From a virus (taxonomy: Duplodnaviria > Caudoviricetes), in the IMG/VR virus record IMGVR_UViG_3300044266_000195, positions 1 to 26,623 of that record: a DNA stretch of 26,623 nt; one strand, 5' to 3'. Below are positions 23,157 to 26,623 of this stretch, in pieces. The notes under the pieces were generated by a model. The model saw only the letters and a list, made by a program, of their open reading frames with translations, was not told the DNA's origin and did not search any database. Made by a program: the position numbers and the translations under genes. The first letter of the stretch is position 1. Each line of letters starts with the position of its first letter.

Positions 23157-23609
23157 ATGAAAAAAACTTTATACGTTTCAAGAAAATTATTAAATGCATC
23201 AGAATTTTTAAAATGGGCAAAGGAAGAAGGGTTTGAAAAAACATTGGACGCTGATTCTTTGCATGTGACTATTGCCTTCTCTAAAAAAGAAGTTGAATGG
23301 AATAATATTGAAAAAGAAACCAGAAATGTTAGAATCAAAGGTGGTCAAAGAACTATTTCATCTTTGGGCGATGAAGGTGCTATTGTATTGAAATTCCAAT
23401 CAAAACTTTTAGAAGAAAGATGGAAGTATTACCTTGACAAGGGAGCTTCATGGGACTATAAACAATATATGCCTCATGTAAGTATTACATATAGTGGATC
23501 TGGCCCAAATATAAAAACTATCGTACCATATGATGGTGAATTATTATTTGGTCCAGAAATACTAAAAGAAGTAGACTTAGATTGGCACAAAAAAGTAAAG
23601 GAAGATTAA
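23157..23609 (+). CDS. 2H phosphoesterase, Acb1 (T4 57B)-like anti-CBASS candidate
   Basis: Two HxT/S motifs, LHVTIAFS and PHVSITY; about 150 aa; GASWDY. Confidence 0.8.
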   Translation: MKKTLYVSRKLLNASEFLKWAKEEGFEKTLDADSLHVTIAFSKKEVEWNNIEKETRNVRIKGGQRTISSLGDEGAIVLKFQSKLLEERWKYYLDKGASWDYKQYMPHVSITYSGSGPNIKTIVPYDGELLFGPEILKEVDLDWHKKVKED

Positions 23610-23610
23610 A

Positions 23611-23745
23611 ATGGAAGAAAATAAAAAACCTGTTGGCTGGGAATGTCCTAGATGTGGTTCAGTTAATGCACCTCAAAAGGATAAATGTAAATGTGTTAAA
23701 AATGAATCTCAGGAACAAGATACCAAACAACTTTTAACCGAGTGA
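23611..23745 (+). CDS. Small zinc-finger protein (44 aa)
   Basis: WECPRCGSVNAPQKDKCKC; exactly fills the intergenic gap. Confidence 0.7.
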   Translation: MEENKKPVGWECPRCGSVNAPQKDKCKCVKNESQEQDTKQLLTE

Positions 23746-23749
23746 AAAA

Positions 23750-24124
23750 ATGTCCAAACCTTTTGTTCATGCTAAATCATCTGCGAGGAAATATGGAGGA
23801 ACTTATGAAGACTATCTGGACATCCATCAATTTATGGATTCTTCAAAATCAGCTATTGCTGACGTACGCCATAGATGCTTGCTCCATTCTTCTTTTGGTT
23901 GTTTTATCGTTGAACAGGTATTTGGCGTCATAAGAATAAATTCTCAGGGGAAAGAATATTCGCCTAGAGATGTTGCCGAAGATCATTGTATCGAAGATCT
24001 AGGATTTATTCCATCAGTTGAACGTTGGCTTGGTAATATGGCTATTCAACAGTGGATGGGTGGTCCTGCTAATAAAAACGAGAAAGAACGTCGTAAATTT
24101 ATTGAACTCAATGGAGATGTATAA
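23750..24124 (+). CDS. Conserved His-rich phage protein (DUF6915-like)
   Basis: HAKSSARKYGG...DIHQFMDSSK...RHR.LLH...AEDHCIEDLGFIPS. Confidence 0.7.
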   Translation: MSKPFVHAKSSARKYGGTYEDYLDIHQFMDSSKSAIADVRHRCLLHSSFGCFIVEQVFGVIRINSQGKEYSPRDVAEDHCIEDLGFIPSVERWLGNMAIQQWMGGPANKNEKERRKFIELNGDV

Positions 24125-24588
24125 TGGATAAAATTGAACAACTCGTACAAGAATACAATAAAATGAAAGATGAATTTCAAGTAAAGGCTCAAGCAGCCTT
24201 CAAAGAAGTTTTCAAAGAGTTCTGGTCGGCCCATCCAAATATCAAAGCAGTCGTATGGGTTCAATATACACCATATTTCAATGATGGCGAACCATGTACA
24301 TTTATTGTTCATGATATGTATGAAATGACTCAAATTGGTTATGATAATTGGCAGGAAGATGGTGGTTATCCAGAAGAATATACACCATCACAGTACAGTT
24401 ATGCAAAAAAGAAATATCTGTTGAGTGAAGGAGAAACAATCTCCGAACAAGAGATTGAATCTTGTAGGAATGCTCTTGGAGAATTGAGTAAATTGCCAGA
24501 AGACATTTATTTGAGTATGTTTGGCGATCATGTTCAAATTGTTGCTACCAAAGAAGGTTTTGAAATAGAAGAATATTCACATGATTGA
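24124..24588 (+). CDS. Conserved hypothetical phage protein
   Basis: WVQYTPYFNDGEPCTF motif, ends in EEYSHD; coupled to the upstream gene. Confidence 0.8.
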   Translation: MDKIEQLVQEYNKMKDEFQVKAQAAFKEVFKEFWSAHPNIKAVVWVQYTPYFNDGEPCTFIVHDMYEMTQIGYDNWQEDGGYPEEYTPSQYSYAKKKYLLSEGETISEQEIESCRNALGELSKLPEDIYLSMFGDHVQIVATKEGFEIEEYSHD

Positions 24589-24796
24589 TAAACAATTAAT
24601 CGAACAACTAGCAGCGGCCATGGATAAACATCCTGGCCGTTGTATTTTAGACATTATTAAAGATGCTTGTGATTACACTTATCCCACCAGAACAGACAAA
24701 TCTTTCAATATAATCAAAGATGTTGAATATGTTGAACATTGGAAATTAGACAACCAAGATATCTTGAAATCTTTGATTGTTTATAATAGGAAATAA
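24581..24796 (+). CDS. Hypothetical protein
   Basis: Overlaps the upstream stop. Confidence 0.7.
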   Translation: MIDKQLIEQLAAAMDKHPGRCILDIIKDACDYTYPTRTDKSFNIIKDVEYVEHWKLDNQDILKSLIVYNRK

Positions 24797-24929
24797 GATG
24801 TTTATATACATTAAAAATTCAATTCACACAATAGCATGGTCTTTGTTTATAGTGTATCATATCGGATTAGCTATTATGTTGTGTGCAACAATTTATTTTT
24901 CATTCTTTAACTAAAATCAGGAATATATT

Positions 24930-25535
24930 ATGAAAGTTTATATGGGTCCATATAAGAATTGGTTTGGTCCTTACCAATTTGTGGAAAAGTTCTTTTGGTT
25001 TCTGAAGGAGGAGACCAGAGACAAAATTGCTGATAAACTTCCTCTAAAGCCATTTGAGTTTATTGATCGTCTCAAAGGAGACCGTAAGATCGAGGTTCAT
25101 ATCGATGATTATGATGTATGGGGAATGGACACAACCCTATCTCATATCATTGTTCCTATGCTCTTCAGACTAAAAGAAAATAAACATGGTGCTCCATATG
25201 TTGATGATGAGGATGTACCTGATAATTTAAAGTCTACCAGTGCGCCTCCCAAAGAGAATGAATGGGATACTGATGCCAATCATTTTGATCGTTGGGATTG
25301 GGTGCTAGATGAAATGATTTGGGCATTTGAACAGAATAAAAGTGATTGGGAACAACAATTTTATTCTGGTGAACATGACTACGAATGGAAAAATGTTGGT
25401 AATGAAATGTCTGAACTGATTGAAGGACCAAAGAATACATTCAAAGTTGATGAAGAAGGAATGAAAAAACATCATGATCGTATGAAGAATGGTTACAGAC
25501 TGTTTGGTAAGTACTATGAAAATTTGTGGGATTGA
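24930..25535 (+). CDS. Conserved T4-like hypothetical protein
   Basis: VHIDDYDVWGMDTTL...RWDWVLDEMIWAF...LFGKYYENLWD. Confidence 0.85.
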   Translation: MKVYMGPYKNWFGPYQFVEKFFWFLKEETRDKIADKLPLKPFEFIDRLKGDRKIEVHIDDYDVWGMDTTLSHIIVPMLFRLKENKHGAPYVDDEDVPDNLKSTSAPPKENEWDTDANHFDRWDWVLDEMIWAFEQNKSDWEQQFYSGEHDYEWKNVGNEMSELIEGPKNTFKVDEEGMKKHHDRMKNGYRLFGKYYENLWD

Positions 25536-25537
25536 AT

Positions 25538-25861
25538 ATGAGCAAAGAAGAAGAATTAATTGAATTAATTACTCAAGAATTGGTTGCTTTAGGTAATCCA
25601 GAGAATTACTCTAGAGTTTCGGCTCAAACAGTTTTGAAACAAATTAGAGTTTGGTATGGTTCTGAATCTATGGTTGATGTGGAAAGTCCTAAAATGGACG
25701 AAGAACAGAAACTAAGAAAACTCTTAGAAAGAATTTTGCTTGATATTAAGTTTATGACCGAGCAAGGAGTTCTTCCCGAAACTGTGTTGGATGATTATAT
25801 CTACCAGACGGCACTTGATTTTATGACACCAGAATTTATGAAGATATTTAATGGAGAGTAA
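25538..25861 (+). CDS. Hypothetical protein
   Basis: ATG just after the upstream stop. Confidence 0.7.
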   Translation: MSKEEELIELITQELVALGNPENYSRVSAQTVLKQIRVWYGSESMVDVESPKMDEEQKLRKLLERILLDIKFMTEQGVLPETVLDDYIYQTALDFMTPEFMKIFNGE

Positions 25862-25866
25862 GAACA

Positions 25867-26055
25867 ATGCTTGAATGGATTTTATTGTTTTGTATTGCCA
25901 GCAGCGATGGTAATAAGACATGTTCTAGAATTGTTTTTCCGACAAGGAGAGAATGTATTGCTGCTGTTGATAATATGAAATCGCATAGGTTGACAATTAC
26001 GAGTTCTATGTGTTTTATTGGAACTAAAGAAGAAGTAATGTGTCGCTGTTATTGA
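25867..26055 (+). CDS. Small Cys-containing hypothetical protein
   Basis: GGAG RBS; hydrophobic N-terminus, FPTRRECIAA. Confidence 0.65.
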   Translation: MLEWILLFCIASSDGNKTCSRIVFPTRRECIAAVDNMKSHRLTITSSMCFIGTKEEVMCRCY

Positions 26056-26076
26056 TATCATAAAAGAGATAATAAA

Positions 26077-26259
26077 ATGAAAGTTCAAGTAACTCTTGAT
26101 TTTTATGATGGTTCCAAAAGCAAGAGTAAAATCGTACAATTAGATTCAATTGAAACCACATTCCTTAAATTAACACTAATGAATAAAGACATTTGTGGTA
26201 TGTCTATAACAAAAGTGGAATCATTACATAAAATCATGGATAAAACAAATGAAAATTGA
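26077..26259 (+). CDS. Hypothetical protein
   Basis: 60-aa ORF in the gene run. Confidence 0.6.
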   Translation: MKVQVTLDFYDGSKSKSKIVQLDSIETTFLKLTLMNKDICGMSITKVESLHKIMDKTNEN

Positions 26260-26623
26260 TTATATTTCAGACATCCACTATGAATGGCAAAAACCACATG
26301 ACTTCAGTAATGAAGCAGGTGGTGATATTCTTATTATGGCAGGTGATATTACAACTGCCGACGCAATCCGTCTAAACCGTACAGACAAAGATGGTCTTAT
26401 TGCTCAAAGAAATATCAAGTTGCTGAAAGAGCAATTGACCGATAAGTACAAAAAGGTTCTGTATATTATGGGCAACCATGAGCATTATCGGTTTACATAC
26501 GAAGAAACATTGCTACAACTCAGAAAAAGCTTTGGTACACTAGGTCTAAACAATGTTTCGATCCTAGAGAACGATTGTGTTTTGGTTGATAATGTGTTAT
26601 TCATCTGTGCAACTCTTTGGTCA
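26249..26623 (+). CDS. Metallophosphoesterase (calcineurin-like), 3' truncated by window end
   Basis: Read manually: MKIDYISDIHYE...MAGDI...MGNHEHY. Confidence 0.88.
   Translation, partial: MKIDYISDIHYEWQKPHDFSNEAGGDILIMAGDITTADAIRLNRTDKDGLIAQRNIKLLKEQLTDKYKKVLYIMGNHEHYRFTYEETLLQLRKSFGTLGLNNVSILENDCVLVDNVLFICATLWS

Noticed and set aside
86-26297. Numerous short minus-strand and nested ORFs in the track
   Set aside because: Shadows of well-supported + strand genes or tRNAs; only the HNH gene at 10644-11186 has recognisable motifs.
1-26623. Stop-codon reassignment
   Set aside because: Core genes are full length under the standard bacterial code and coding density is high.

Overview
A 26.6 kb AT-rich segment of a T4-like (Tevenvirinae-style) myophage genome, almost entirely + strand. 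The host is probably an alphaproteobacterium: tRNA-His lacks G-1 and has A73, and the phage uses NrdJ and ThyX. Left arm: phoH, exonuclease, gp61 primase, thyX, class II RNR, a deaminase and an Hsp20. Centre: a dispersed cluster of about 27 tRNA genes covering all 20 amino acids, several structurally atypical, interleaved with two GIY-YIG and one HNH free-standing endonucleases, a three-gene tail-fibre/lectin module, a likely capsid-targeted internal protein and an esterase. Right arm: small accessory genes including an Acb1-like 2H phosphoesterase and a metallophosphoesterase. The most striking element is 19055-21394. A sigma70-type promoter precedes a tandem array of eight non-coding RNA units. 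Each is closed by its own covarying 7-9 bp terminal stem followed by an ACAGCA-type motif, and several carry circularly permuted or truncated tRNA mimics. The array lies directly upstream of a DUF2828/TROVE(Ro60)-like vWA protein gene. This looks like a phage-encoded Ro60/Y-RNA-like ribonucleoprotein system with a multiplexed RNA array. All calls were made by eye; no searches or folding programs were run.
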